Assembly (NCBI GenBank): GCA_002692425.1 | Contig: NZKB01000017.1 | Location: 1-35,020 of the forward strand | Direction: 5' to 3' | DNA: 35,020 bases | Origin: Gammaproteobacteria bacterium | Lineage (GTDB): Bacteria; Pseudomonadota; Gammaproteobacteria; Magnimaribacterales; TMED112 | In this document: in pieces, positions 20,409 through 30,731 of the stretch | Numbering within the stretch: the first letter of the stretch is position 1 | Layout of the letters: the number at the start of each line of letters is the position of its first letter | The notes under the pieces: model-generated | Database searches by the model: none | The model's input: the letters and a program-made list of their open reading frames with translations, nothing else | Told to the model about the DNA's origin: nothing | Program-made: the position numbers and the translations under genes

Positions 20409-21791
20409 TTAAGTTTTGATTTTTTGGAGTATTTCTCTATGTTTTTTTCTGTCAATCTTGTAGCCGGAAAATATCACTATTGGAATAAGAAATAAAAGCA
20501 TAATCATTGGGCCCTGAAATAAGGCTAGCATTTCTCTTTGTGTAAATGTTGCATCAATTGATCCTTTTGGGAATGAGATTAACCATAAAACAAACATTGA
20601 GAAAAATTGACCCAATCCCGTCATACACTTTGCACAAAAAGAAGTTAATGAGCTTATTGTTCCATCTTGCCTAAGATTTGATTCTTGTTGTACTTGATCA
20701 ATCATATCAGGGACCATAGATTCTCTTGTCATAAGGCTCATGATAGAAAATGTCCCAGTTATAAAAATAAAAACTGCTAAGAAATATACCAGTGAGTTGC
20801 TGCCAAATTCTGGCATCACTCCAACTTTATACAAAATAAATGGAGTTGCTTGAAAAATCCCTATCACAACGAGACTGAACAGTAAGATTGTTCTCTTTTC
20901 AAAATTTTTCACTAATTTTGGAACTAAAAACCAGCTCACAATTGTGGAAAAAAAATAAATTTTTATAAATTCTTGAATTTGAAGAGTGGTTAAACCCCAG
21001 AATTGAGTCTGAGTTAAAAAAGTAAGGCTATTAGCTAAGCCCCATGCAAGCTGAATTGTTATAGAGCCTAAAAGAAATAAAATTATAGTTTTATTTTTGT
21101 AAACAAAACTTATTTGCTTTTGAATTTCTTTGAAAGGGTTATCATTTTCTTCTGTTTCAGGCCATTTGTATAGTTGAGGTATTAAACTCATTGTTCCAAT
21201 AATAGATATTAGCCCTAATACAAACATAATTATTGATCCGATTATGCCTACGTTAAACCACTGATCGTTACCATCAAGATTTATAAATGGCAAAATAATG
21301 AATGAATGTGACAGAGCAATAAGTGACTGAAACCCCTCACGAAGTGACATAATATTTGCCTTGTCTTCATATGATTCTGGTATTTCAGCGGCTAAAGCTC
21401 TATGTGGTATGTCGAATAATGTTACTGAAAATCTGGTAACAACTGCAAAAACTAATAGCCATGCAAATAAAAAGAATTGATTTTCTGCCCATTCTGGATC
21501 AGGTAAAAAAAGCATTAAATAACTTAGCGAAATTGGGAGGAGTGAAAAAGCCATTAATAGATGTCTTCTTCCAAATTTAGATCTTATTCTGTCTGATGCT
21601 GTGCCTATTAAGGGATCACTTATTGCATCTATAACTAAAGCCATTAATAGAGCTAAGCCTGTTAATAGAGGATTTAGACCTAATACTGTTAAATAATAAG
21701 CTCCTAGATACCAAACAAAAAAATCAGTTTTAATTGCATTGACGCCACCACCTAATCCGAATGAAAATTTTTGTATGTTATTAATCTTCAA
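20409..21791 (-). CDS. MFS transporter, glycoside-pentoside-hexuronide (GPH/MelB-like) family
   Basis: DAISDPLIG..SDRIRSKFGRRH, IPH.AL.AE, MVPDMID; about 12 TM segments. Confidence 0.9.
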   Translation of the reverse strand: MKINNIQKFSFGLGGGVNAIKTDFFVWYLGAYYLTVLGLNPLLTGLALLMALVIDAISDPLIGTASDRIRSKFGRRHLLMAFSLLPISLSYLMLFLPDPEWAENQFFLFAWLLVFAVVTRFSVTLFDIPHRALAAEIPESYEDKANIMSLREGFQSLIALSHSFIILPFINLDGNDQWFNVGIIGSIIMFVLGLISIIGTMSLIPQLYKWPETEENDNPFKEIQKQISFVYKNKTIILFLLGSITIQLAWGLANSLTFLTQTQFWGLTTLQIQEFIKIYFFSTIVSWFLVPKLVKNFEKRTILLFSLVVIGIFQATPFILYKVGVMPEFGSNSLVYFLAVFIFITGTFSIMSLMTRESMVPDMIDQVQQESNLRQDGTISSLTSFCAKCMTGLGQFFSMFVLWLISFPKGSIDATFTQREMLALFQGPMIMLLFLIPIVIFSGYKIDRKKHREILQKIKT

Positions 21792-22891
21792 GTATTACCT
21801 TTAAGTTTATTTACTTTTGTTTCAACGTCCTTTCTCAGATGATTCCAAAAAATTTGATAATCCCAAATATGTAAGTCTTTTTCTCCTAAGTAGTCGTTCT
21901 TCAAAATTCTGTCAATTGTTGATCCTTTTGTTTCAAGGAAACCAGATTTCCCTATTCTTGCATAAAAGTTCTGATCATCAGCATAATTAATTTCTCTTAC
22001 ATAACTATTATTTTTATTTGTTGCACCATAATCAAACAGTGGTGAGATTCCTGAAATTTTTGGCATTAATAAAGAATTTATTTCATTCTTTACCCATCCT
22101 TCTGATTTTGAAAAAGATATAGGATTTGTTGTGGCTAGTTGATTTATTTTTTTAAGACAATACTCCTTACCATCAAACAACCAAAATTTTAATCTTGATC
22201 GAATAACATCTTCCCCGACTGTTTGGAACTGAATAATGACTCCCTCATCAAGAAATCTTGTACAAACCGATGCTCCTAGATTTCTAAGATACTCTTCCTC
22301 CAAAGGATATCCGATTAAATATGCTGCTATAAGTTGCTTTGAAAAAACTTTTTTAAATTCTATTTCGGTTAATAATCTTTGAGCATGTAATGAACCTTGG
22401 CTGTGTGATGCAAGAAAAAAAGGTTTGCCATCTGAATAATTTTCTAAGAAATTTCTAAATGCTTCTTTAACATCTAGATATGCTAAATCTAATGCTTGAG
22501 AGCTATTCCTACCTAAGTTCTGAGATATAGCAGCAAAAGTTGCTTGTCTATATTCTGGTGCGTAAATATTGCATTCCTTATTGAAAACTGTTGCTTGAGT
22601 AGCAAGCATTAAGTCTGTTCTTTGTGATGTAGCAGAATCTGTATTCATATCAAAATTCCATTCTTTAAGAAAAAAACCTGTTGGATGAATAAAGAAGCAG
22701 TCGACTTCTTTTAATTTATTTTGGCTTTCCGTGTTTGGTTCCAATAAAGCTACAGATTTTTTTCCTGGGAAAGCTGCCCAAGATTTTAGGTCACCATAAT
22801 CAGGTGGTTGAGGTGAAGTTAATCTAGAAAATGGTTGGTTTGGTGTTACAGAGGCAAAAAATTTATCTACTAACGGACTACTTTTGTCCAT
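21788..22891 (-). CDS. DUF3089-family alpha/beta hydrolase (esterase-like)
   Basis: PDY....WAA.P, VDCFFIHPT, YAPEYRQA, LAYLDV, SHSQG, AAYLIG, LHIWDY..FW. Confidence 0.85.
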   Translation of the reverse strand: MDKSSPLVDKFFASVTPNQPFSRLTSPQPPDYGDLKSWAAFPGKKSVALLEPNTESQNKLKEVDCFFIHPTGFFLKEWNFDMNTDSATSQRTDLMLATQATVFNKECNIYAPEYRQATFAAISQNLGRNSSQALDLAYLDVKEAFRNFLENYSDGKPFFLASHSQGSLHAQRLLTEIEFKKVFSKQLIAAYLIGYPLEEEYLRNLGASVCTRFLDEGVIIQFQTVGEDVIRSRLKFWLFDGKEYCLKKINQLATTNPISFSKSEGWVKNEINSLLMPKISGISPLFDYGATNKNNSYVREINYADDQNFYARIGKSGFLETKGSTIDRILKNDYLGEKDLHIWDYQIFWNHLRKDVETKVNKLKGNT

Positions 22892-22894
22892 ATT

Positions 22895-25800
22895 TTATTC
22901 ATTCACTGTAAGAACAAATTCTTGAACTGCAGCATCAACACCATCTGAAACAATTATCGATGCATCGTATTCACCTACATCGTCTTCTCTTGGCGTACCC
23001 ATAACAGCTCCATTTGATGTAATAGATAAGAAATCGGCTGTTGTGCCGTTTTCTCTGTTAACGAGTTCAATAGAGTAGCTTAATGAGTCCCCATCTTCAT
23101 CATCGGCTCTGACACCATAGAAATATGTTTGGTTCACATATGCATCAGTGAAAGGAGAGGATGTAATGACAGGCGCATTATTTATAGCTCCTGCTAATTC
23201 TGGAGACAAGGTAATTGATAAATCTGAAACATTTGAGTCTGTTATTTCAAAATTTGTGCTTGATCCTGACATTTCACCTGGACCTCCCCAAGAATTATCA
23301 CCATTAATGTCTGAACCTATCACCATTCTGTATGTCCCTGGCTCAATACTTGTAAAAACAAAATTACCTTGGCCATCAATGATAGCAGATGTTACTTGAG
23401 CAACTGGAACACCATTACTGTCAAGAAGCCTTGCTCTTAATGTTGGGAAATTTACTTCATAAGCTTCCCCAATTACATTAAAAATCACATTGACACCTAC
23501 TGAAAGTAGCTCGTAACCATCAAACGGTAAATCTGCACCTTCGACTAATGGGAAATCAAATAGGATTGTTGTGTTGACCCAACCGGCAAAATCATAGTCA
23601 TCTTGTTTCTTAACTGTGAAATTCAAACCATTAGCCTCAATCTCTAGAAACTCGGATTGGTATGTATATGCAATATCATTAAATCCTTCTCCAGCTGCTC
23701 CGCTTGGTGTGATGGTAAATTGGCCTTGATAAGAGTCTTGCGAATTTAAGGTTACAACTGAAGGCCCTTCATAATATGGCAAACTATCAAAACTATTAAA
23801 ATATCCATCTTGGAAAGAATCAATTGCCTGTATGGCTTTATGCAAATCAATTATTCCATATCCCAAATGTTCATCCCAACCAGGTCGAGCAACTGAATCG
23901 TTTGGTCTAGCTTCTTTATTTACATCGTTTGTAAGAAGGTTCGCTGCCAGCATTTTATCTACTTCGACATAAGTTAAAGATGTTGGCAGAGATGTATTTG
24001 ATTCAAAAGGTTTAACAACATCCTCATAATAGTATTTAATCAATCCTAAGAAGCCAGCTCCATGAGGTGAAGCCATAGAGGTTCCTTGAGCACCTATCAT
24101 TGGATTTCCATTATTGTTTGTCTGAACATAACTACCTACGTATGCATATGCATAAACTAGATCGTCAACTCCATCTGCGTTCCAATCTGAATACTCACCA
24201 CCTGGTGCAGAAAAATCAACATATTCATTGGTAGATGAATAGCTTGACCTTCTATCTGTACCGTTAGTAGCTCCAACAGCATAGACTTTAGGACAAGCAG
24301 ATGGCCATCCGATTGAACCAATACCACCATTTCCAGAGGATGAAGCGATTAATACTCCTTTGTCAGCTAATTCGCCCAACTTTACGCAGGATGAGGAGGT
24401 TGCACTACCGCCACTTCCACCATAACTCATGTTCATTGAATGCAATTTCTGACCATTACTTCTTTGCGCAAAATTTGTACCAGAGTCATTAGCATCTCCA
24501 TTAAGATATAAATATGCTGCATATGTTGGTCCACAACCGCTTTGATAACAAACTCTTAAAGGTGTTACTCGTGCTGCCATACCGTTACCATCAATGCCAT
24601 CATTTAACATTGAGATGGTACTGCCAACGTGAGTACCGTGACTGAACGAGCCAGTTGTAAATTCCTCATCATCTGCCAGAGGATCATTATCTTCCATATC
24701 CCAGCCCCATTGAGTATCGAATATAGAGCCATCATAAGCTGGATCTATCGAAAATGGGCTACCAGAATCTAGAACTGCAACATTAACCGGCTTAACCTCT
24801 TGTCCCAATATATCTAAGGCTTCTGGTATATTTACAACATCAAAATTCCACCATTGGTAAGTGTCATATCTTGGATCTGGTGTGAATGATTCAACTTGAA
24901 TATATCTTTGCCAACTTGGTTCTATAAAGAGGTTTCGTGATCTCTCACTCAAAACAGATATAGCTTTCATATATCTGCCTTTCTTATAAGCTTCTGGAAA
25001 ATTGGTTTTGAAGGTAGATGTATAATCTTGATCGTCTCCAAGGCCTGCAATGTTTTCTAATTCAAATAAAGACATGTTTACTAGGCCACCATCTGAATCT
25101 CCCATCTCTTCTGTAAGTTCATTTTCTGTTTGATTGAGACTTGCTTGGTTAAAGCTAGGTTTTTTGGCAATTAATATTTCATCCATATTAAAATCGGCAT
25201 TTGCTCGTGCGGCTGCGTCTTTTTGTTCAGAAGTGCTGGCGAATGTCGGTGTTTGAGTAAGCACATAGGCTGAGGGGACAGAATTATCTACACGATAATG
25301 ATCAATAATTACATAATAAATATCTCCTTCACCAGCTGGTATATAGGCCGTTTCGACTTTTGCATATGTGCCTCCAACATTGTTCGTATTTTCTTGAGCA
25401 TCAACCACAAACATGTCTAAATCAACGTTGTTATTAGTATTCCCTGTGTTACCATCGTGATTAACCATAGTAAGTTCTAGATTTATCCTGCCAGGACCAG
25501 CTATCACTTGATATAGATCAACATCATCTTCGCCACCAACCCAACCAAGCAACGTTGAAGCAGTATCTAAAAATTGAGCTCTGTTTGTGAAGTTGTTAGT
25601 TATATTTTCATAGTCTTCACTATTTAGATCTGAATCAAGTGCGAATGGACCTTCAACACCAAGAGCACCTGCTACATTATAAGTTCCAGGACTTGGTTCT
25701 GGGGTTGGCTCCGGTGTTGGTTCAGGTGATGGTACCGGAGTTGGTTCAGGTGTTGGTTCTGGGGTTGGCTCCGGGGTTGGTTCTGGGGTTGGAACTGGAG

Positions 25801-26464
25801 TTGGCTCTGGGGTAGGTTCAGGTGTTGGCTCCGGGGTTGGTTCTGGGGTTGGAACTGGAGTTGGCTCTGGGGTAGGTTCAGGTGTGGGTGCTAAAGTTTG
25901 TCCACTTGAGTCGAATAAATACCAAACACTTCCTACTCCATTTCCGTTTGCATCTGTATCTGAAGAATCCCCTGTATATTGATATGCAGGCTGATTATTT
26001 ATAAGTATTTGGTTCTCAGAATTTTTGGTAAATGTTGCAGTGAGGTTTGATTCTGAGACTATTAATTCGGAAATATCTCTATCTGTAGTTGCATATGGCC
26101 ATGCTGATCCTTGGTATGTTCCGTTGCCATCATTAACTCCATCTGGTGCGTATGCATAGACTGTTCTTAAATCTGCTACTGCATTGCCACCTGGGGTAGC
26201 ACTAGCATTTACTCCTGACATTTGAATCACATCATAAGCATTTCCATCAACTGTTACAGAAAGTAAAGAAGCTGACAAAGGTGCTGGTGTGGGAGCTGGT
26301 GTGGGAGCTGGCGTGGGAGCTGGTGTGGGAGCTGGTGTGGGTGCTGGTGTGGGAGCTGGTGTGGGATAAGGGCTCGGCGTTGAACTACCTCCACCGCCGC
26401 AAGCTACTAGTAATGCAGTTGATAATACTGAGACTGCTAAATTGATATTACTTTTAAAACGCAT
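22895..26464 (-). CDS. Multidomain subtilisin-like (S8) serine protease lipoprotein
   Basis: Lipobox [10 protein letters not shown]; Pro/Thr linkers; catalytic D (VAVLDSG), H (HGTHVG), oxyanion N (SSGNG), S (GTSMASPH); C-terminal Ig/cadherin-like domain ([10 protein letters not shown]...DEDGDSLSY...VSDG). Confidence 0.93.
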   Translation of the reverse strand: MRFKSNINLAVSVLSTALLVACGGGGSSTPSPYPTPAPTPAPTPAPTPAPTPAPTPAPTPAPLSASLLSVTVDGNAYDVIQMSGVNASATPGGNAVADLRTVYAYAPDGVNDGNGTYQGSAWPYATTDRDISELIVSESNLTATFTKNSENQILINNQPAYQYTGDSSDTDANGNGVGSVWYLFDSSGQTLAPTPEPTPEPTPVPTPEPTPEPTPEPTPEPTPVPTPEPTPEPTPEPTPEPTPVPSPEPTPEPTPEPSPGTYNVAGALGVEGPFALDSDLNSEDYENITNNFTNRAQFLDTASTLLGWVGGEDDVDLYQVIAGPGRINLELTMVNHDGNTGNTNNNVDLDMFVVDAQENTNNVGGTYAKVETAYIPAGEGDIYYVIIDHYRVDNSVPSAYVLTQTPTFASTSEQKDAAARANADFNMDEILIAKKPSFNQASLNQTENELTEEMGDSDGGLVNMSLFELENIAGLGDDQDYTSTFKTNFPEAYKKGRYMKAISVLSERSRNLFIEPSWQRYIQVESFTPDPRYDTYQWWNFDVVNIPEALDILGQEVKPVNVAVLDSGSPFSIDPAYDGSIFDTQWGWDMEDNDPLADDEEFTTGSFSHGTHVGSTISMLNDGIDGNGMAARVTPLRVCYQSGCGPTYAAYLYLNGDANDSGTNFAQRSNGQKLHSMNMSYGGSGGSATSSSCVKLGELADKGVLIASSSGNGGIGSIGWPSACPKVYAVGATNGTDRRSSYSSTNEYVDFSAPGGEYSDWNADGVDDLVYAYAYVGSYVQTNNNGNPMIGAQGTSMASPHGAGFLGLIKYYYEDVVKPFESNTSLPTSLTYVEVDKMLAANLLTNDVNKEARPNDSVARPGWDEHLGYGIIDLHKAIQAIDSFQDGYFNSFDSLPYYEGPSVVTLNSQDSYQGQFTITPSGAAGEGFNDIAYTYQSEFLEIEANGLNFTVKKQDDYDFAGWVNTTILFDFPLVEGADLPFDGYELLSVGVNVIFNVIGEAYEVNFPTLRARLLDSNGVPVAQVTSAIIDGQGNFVFTSIEPGTYRMVIGSDINGDNSWGGPGEMSGSSTNFEITDSNVSDLSITLSPELAGAINNAPVITSSPFTDAYVNQTYFYGVRADDEDGDSLSYSIELVNRENGTTADFLSITSNGAVMGTPREDDVGEYDASIIVSDGVDAAVQEFVLTVNE
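25693..25890 (-). repeat. Coding tandem repeat, about 16 x 12 bp (PTPE/PTPV), with a 60-bp higher-order period
   Basis: 25764-25825 is identical to 25824-25885; PTPV recurs every fifth unit. Confidence 0.95.
26280..26366 (-). repeat. Coding tandem repeat, 7 x 12 bp (PTPA)
   Basis: Near-perfect (GGTGTGGGAGCT)n on the + strand. Confidence 0.95.
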
Positions 26465-26591
26465 TTCTTAAATATTTTACCTTAATCTTGCTATCTAAGA
26501 ACTTATTAATTTTAAACAAGCTTTAAGGGCAAGAAATTGTAACATCCAAAGCTAGAAAATGTATATGTGTTATTTTAAGCCATTGTTAAGA

Positions 26592-26667
26592 TGGTGGGTC
26601 GTATAGGATTCGAACCTATGACCAACGGGTTAAAAGCCCGGTGCTCTACCAGCTGAGCTAACGACCC
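26592..26667 (-). tRNA. tRNA-Lys (UUU)
   Basis: GGGTCGTTAGCTCAGCTGGTAGAGCACCGGGCTTTTAACCCGTTGGTCATAGGTTCGAATCCTATACGACCCACCA: 76 nt cloverleaf, TTT anticodon, encoded CCA. Confidence 0.97.
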
Positions 26668-26682
26668 AACAATTTCAAAGCG

Positions 26683-27324
26683 CTATTCTAGACTACTTAA
26701 TGTCTCAGCGGAAGCTTTTGCTGCAGAACTATCAGGGTATTCTCTGACAACACTATCCAAGATTGCAACCGCTCGTTCTTTGCTGCCTTGTTCTAGATAT
26801 ATAATACCAAGCTTAAATTTTGCTAGGGGCACTTTCCAATGTGTTGGATATAGGCCTACTAGGGTATTGTAATTCTGAGTTGCAACCGCTAAATTTCCAT
26901 TTGTTAAGTTAATTTCACCCATCCAAAAATAAGCCAAGGGTATATCATCAGAATCATCACTAGTTTGAACAAATGCATTCAAAGCACTCAGAGCTTCATT
27001 TAGCTGCCCTTTTCTGATAAGCAAAATTGCTTGATCATAAGAATTTAACATTTGATTATTTCTTTCAACTATTACTTCTGACTGCTGAAGGTCCTCAATA
27101 GACATAATTGAAGTTAGCTTTGAATCAATTTCGTTTATTTTCTCAATATTTTTCGCTTGATAAAAATCAAGTTGGGTCTGAATCACTTCGATTTCATTCC
27201 TTAAAGTGGCGATTTCCTTTTCAAGATTTTGAATTTTAAGGTATAGCTCAATAAACTCTTTATCACTACCTTCCTGTGGTTGAGCAAATAAGCTCAGAAA
27301 TATTATTAGAAAAAAACGTAGCAC
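26683..27324 (-). CDS. cpoB: Tol-Pal system TPR protein CpoB (YbgF)
   Basis: N-terminal coiled coil, AYFWMGE, YP...K...A..KLG, YPDSSAA; follows pal. Confidence 0.9.
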   Translation of the reverse strand: MLRFFLIIFLSLFAQPQEGSDKEFIELYLKIQNLEKEIATLRNEIEVIQTQLDFYQAKNIEKINEIDSKLTSIMSIEDLQQSEVIVERNNQMLNSYDQAILLIRKGQLNEALSALNAFVQTSDDSDDIPLAYFWMGEINLTNGNLAVATQNYNTLVGLYPTHWKVPLAKFKLGIIYLEQGSKERAVAILDSVVREYPDSSAAKASAETLSSLE

Positions 27325-27821
27325 TATTTAATAAAGAATAATTCTGCTCTTCTATTTTTTGACCAAGCAATTTCATTAGAACTGTTGTCTATCGGCATCT
27401 CTTCGCCATATCCAACTACTTCAATGTTAAATGAAGACACACCTGTGGCAGTTAAGAAATCCTCTACTGCTTTTGCTCTTCTTTCACTTAAAGCAAGGTT
27501 ATATTCTCTTGTGCCTCGCTCATCTGCATGACCTTCCACTAGAAGTGTATATTTAGTATTTGATTTCATTAATCTTGAAACTGCGAATAACTCTTCTAAA
27601 GACTCCTCTTTTAATGTGTCATCGTCATAATCGAATAAAACTGTAACATAAGCTTCACCGAGATCTACATCACTCATTACTACATTGTCATCTGTTTCTT
27701 CTTGACTATTTTCAGTTAAATCAACTGTCTTAGTTTCTTGAACATCAACTTTTTCAACAGGTGTTGATGAACAAGCAAAAATTATAAAAATCGAAAAAAG
27801 TGAAATTAATATATTTTTCAT
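27324..27821 (-). CDS. pal: Peptidoglycan-associated lipoprotein
   Basis: Lipobox IFAC-SS; FDYD, EGHADERGTREYNLALSERRA, KNRRAE. ATG at 27821 avoids the tolB overlap. Confidence 0.96.
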   Translation of the reverse strand: MKNILISLFSIFIIFACSSTPVEKVDVQETKTVDLTENSQEETDDNVVMSDVDLGEAYVTVLFDYDDDTLKEESLEELFAVSRLMKSNTKYTLLVEGHADERGTREYNLALSERRAKAVEDFLTATGVSSFNIEVVGYGEEMPIDNSSNEIAWSKNRRAELFFIK

Positions 27822-27823
27822 AA

Positions 27824-29077
27824 TTACCTTAAAAATGGTGACCAAGCTGGTTCTTTTAATTCTCCATATAATGCTGGAAGTTTAAAACTTACCTTACTAC
27901 TGATATTAATTCCAGCAAGATATGATAAATTTCCGTCTTTTGTGGAGTAAATTATAACATTGCCATTAGGTGCTATGCATGGACTTTCATCATTTTTGGT
28001 TGATGTAAGAACTTCTAAAGTCCTGGAACCTAAATCCAGTTTTGCAATATTGAAATTAATATTTGACCTGTGCACAAATATAATTTCATTCTTCCCAATA
28101 TATGAAGCCCTTGCATTGTAATTACCTTCAGTTGTAAGTCTTCTTTTAAGTTTTGATCTTACATTTATTTCATAAATTTGAGGACTGCCAGATCTATCTG
28201 AGGTAAAGATTATATTTTTTCCATCAGGAGACCAAGCTGGTTCAGTATCAATAGCAAGATTTTCAGTTAATCGCGTAATTTTTTTGGACTTCAAATTAAT
28301 AATATAAATCTCTGAATTGCCGTCTTTAGTACTAGTAAAAGCCAAGTCTTTGTTATCGGGTGACCATGCTGGCGAGCTTACAGAAGATTTAGAGCTTAAG
28401 ACTAGATTTCTTTTCCCAGTTGCTAGATTTTGAGTAAAAACTTGTGCTCGATTATTTTCAAATGAAACATAAGCAATTTCTTTGGCATCTGTAGACCAAG
28501 CTGGTGATATTATCGAATTGTTTGACTTTAAAAGAACCTGTTCATTAAATCCGTCTGCATCGCTAATAATTAGTTTATGAGTATCTGCATTTCTTGTAAC
28601 ATACATTAGTTTTGTTGATGAAATACCTTCAATACCGTAAAAATATTTATATATTCCATCAGAAACATAATGGCTTGACTGCCTTAAACTATCTGGCAAC
28701 CCTAAAACTCTTCTTTTATCTTCGGTTTCGTTATAACTAATATCAAAGATTGAGTAAGCGATATCTAGATTATTGTCTTGGTTCTGAACTTCTATAAAAA
28801 TTATTGAATCTACATCCAGCAACAACCAGTCTCTTTGAATAACCTCACTCTCATTCATAGGTATACTTAATAATTCATCCATACCTAAGACCTTAAATTC
28901 GCCTGTTCTTTTTAGATCATTTGAGATTACATTGATAATTTCTTGGCCCGCTAGAGAATTAATATTTTTTTGTAGAATAGCAATTTTTATTGGCTTGCTT
29001 GCGCTTTCAGTTATTTCAAGAATAAGATCAGCCTTGAATTCAAAGGCTAAGAACAATAAAAAAATGATTCGTTTCAT
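27824..29077 (-). CDS. tolB: Tol-Pal beta-propeller TolB
   Basis: SPAWS/EPAWSPDG PD40 repeats, FTSDRSGSPQIY, C-terminal EPAWSPF. Confidence 0.95.
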   Translation of the reverse strand: MKRIIFLLFLAFEFKADLILEITESASKPIKIAILQKNINSLAGQEIINVISNDLKRTGEFKVLGMDELLSIPMNESEVIQRDWLLLDVDSIIFIEVQNQDNNLDIAYSIFDISYNETEDKRRVLGLPDSLRQSSHYVSDGIYKYFYGIEGISSTKLMYVTRNADTHKLIISDADGFNEQVLLKSNNSIISPAWSTDAKEIAYVSFENNRAQVFTQNLATGKRNLVLSSKSSVSSPAWSPDNKDLAFTSTKDGNSEIYIINLKSKKITRLTENLAIDTEPAWSPDGKNIIFTSDRSGSPQIYEINVRSKLKRRLTTEGNYNARASYIGKNEIIFVHRSNINFNIAKLDLGSRTLEVLTSTKNDESPCIAPNGNVIIYSTKDGNLSYLAGINISSKVSFKLPALYGELKEPAWSPFLR

Positions 29078-29661
29078 TCTGGTTTAAACCTCACAGTAAA
29101 ATTTGAGAAATATGCCTGAAAGGTTTGATCATCCAAATTTCTAACGTATTTAATTTGCTTATACTTTCTTATAGCATTAAGTGCTGCTCGATCGAATGCT
29201 CTGTCCCCACTTGTTTTTTTCATTTCAATATTTTCAATGATTCCTAATCTATTTATGCTTAAATTAAAATCTGTAAACATACCTGCTTTGGCGCTGTTTG
29301 GCCTAATCCACAATGCTTCTATATCTTTGATCACTTCATAACTTATTTGTTCAATAACATCCGTATTATCTAAAACTCTTTTCTGCATCTCTTCTTCATT
29401 TAAATACTCTTCAAAATTTTCTATTTCGTTAGGTTTATTTGTATTTAGATCCTTAGAATCGTCTTTCTTAAAACTTTTTTCTTGAGGTTTGTTTCTCTTT
29501 TGAACCTCTTCTTTTACTTGTAGCTCATCATCCAGAAAATTTACATTTGTAATCTTTCTTGTTGTATTTTCAACATTTTCAGTTGTGAATAAAACGTAAC
29601 TTAAAAAGATTAAGATATGCACAATTACCGAAAAAAATAATGCTGTTAACCATTTCATCAT
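29074..29661 (-). CDS. tolA: TolA-like protein (short; TonB/TolA C-terminal domain)
   Basis: TM with SVIVH (SHLS motif), W.RP, SGDRAFDRAALNAI, C-terminal F.PE; between tolR and tolB. Confidence 0.8.
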   Translation of the reverse strand: MMKWLTALFFSVIVHILIFLSYVLFTTENVENTTRKITNVNFLDDELQVKEEVQKRNKPQEKSFKKDDSKDLNTNKPNEIENFEEYLNEEEMQKRVLDNTDVIEQISYEVIKDIEALWIRPNSAKAGMFTDFNLSINRLGIIENIEMKKTSGDRAFDRAALNAIRKYKQIKYVRNLDDQTFQAYFSNFTVRFKPE

Positions 29662-30077
29662 GGTTGCGTTGCTAGAGAAAAATTATTAGCACCATTCGAT
29701 TGTAAAACGCTTAATAATTCAGCTATTGATTGATAAGAAGTATTTTGATCACCTCTAACAATAATTTCTATATCAGGATTTGTTTGTATTACTCTCGCAA
29801 ATCGATCTTCAATGAATCCCAGAGAAACTTGAACATTGCTACCGTCTTCCTCGATAAAATATTGCCCATTTTCATTTACATCAATGATAAATGGCTCAGT
29901 GTTGTCTAGCTCAATTTCATCTGCTGGAACACTTGGTAAATTGATATCTAACCCTTGAACTGCTAAAGGTGCCACAACCATGAAAATTACAAGCAAAACT
30001 AACATTATATCTACGTAAGGAACTACGTTTATTTCATTTATTGCTTTAGTTGATTTGCTTCTTTTTTCTAGGAGCAT
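29658..30077 (-). CDS. tolR: TolR
   Basis: EINVVPYVDIMLVLLVIFMV, RGD...Y. Confidence 0.93.
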   Translation of the reverse strand: MLLEKRSKSTKAINEINVVPYVDIMLVLLVIFMVVAPLAVQGLDINLPSVPADEIELDNTEPFIIDVNENGQYFIEEDGSNVQVSLGFIEDRFARVIQTNPDIEIIVRGDQNTSYQSIAELLSVLQSNGANNFSLATQP

Positions 30078-30083
30078 ATTTTT

Positions 30084-30731
30084 TTATTTATTATTTATTT
30101 GAATTATTAATTGTTCTGCGAAAGCTATGGATCCATTAATTAAATTATCTAGTTTTTTTGAAAATTGGTTATAAGCAATGAGTGCCGGTATTGCAGCTAG
30201 TAAACCAACTGCCGTAGCAACTAAAGCCTCAGAAATCCCTGGTGCTACAGAACTTAAAGTTAATTGTGCTGTTGTTGATAAACCTTGGAATGCATTAATT
30301 ATCCCAATAACTGTTCCTAATAAGCCAATGTAAGGTGCACTTGAACTTATCGTGGCGAGCAACGAAAGATTTTTTGAGAGCCTTTCTTCTTCTCTATTGA
30401 CAATGACTCTTACAAGCCTCTCAGTAGATTCAACTTTATTTGCAGAATCCTTCTTATTCATTAAGCTGTCATAAACTGAAACAAGTATTAATTCAGATGG
30501 CTCTAAGTTACCAAGCTCTTTTTCTTTAAGTTCAAGGTATAAATCCTCAACCTTTTCACCTTCCCAAAACTTATCTTCTATTTCATGTGAGGCATCTGTT
30601 GATTTGGCTAGAGTAAAGTATTTTTCAAATATTAAAACCCATGATGTAATTGAGGCAATTATTAGAATAGCCAAAATTAATTGCACTGGGAGTGAAGCCT
30701 GCAAAAGAAGTTCAAGTGCGTCAAAATCCAT
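30084..30731 (-). CDS. tolQ: TolQ
   Basis: FEK, FW.G, PYIGLLGTVIGI, VAPGISEALVATAVGLLAAIPA. Confidence 0.94.
   Translation of the reverse strand: MDFDALELLLQASLPVQLILAILIIASITSWVLIFEKYFTLAKSTDASHEIEDKFWEGEKVEDLYLELKEKELGNLEPSELILVSVYDSLMNKKDSANKVESTERLVRVIVNREEERLSKNLSLLATISSSAPYIGLLGTVIGIINAFQGLSTTAQLTLSSVAPGISEALVATAVGLLAAIPALIAYNQFSKKLDNLINGSIAFAEQLIIQINNK

Noticed and set aside
25693-26366. GC-rich repeat arrays as possible CRISPR or mobile-element repeats
   Set aside because: Contiguous 12-bp units without spacers, in frame in the protease gene; no cas or transposase genes.
26468-26484. TAAGGTAAA(A)TATT shared upstream of the S8 gene and aspS (about 33658-33670, minus strand)
   Set aside because: Two imperfect AT-rich copies overlapping plausible -10 elements; not distinguishable from chance by eye.
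18700-26667. Integrative element or prophage at tRNA-Lys
   Set aside because: No integrase, and I found no duplicated tRNA 3' end at the far side of the cassette.
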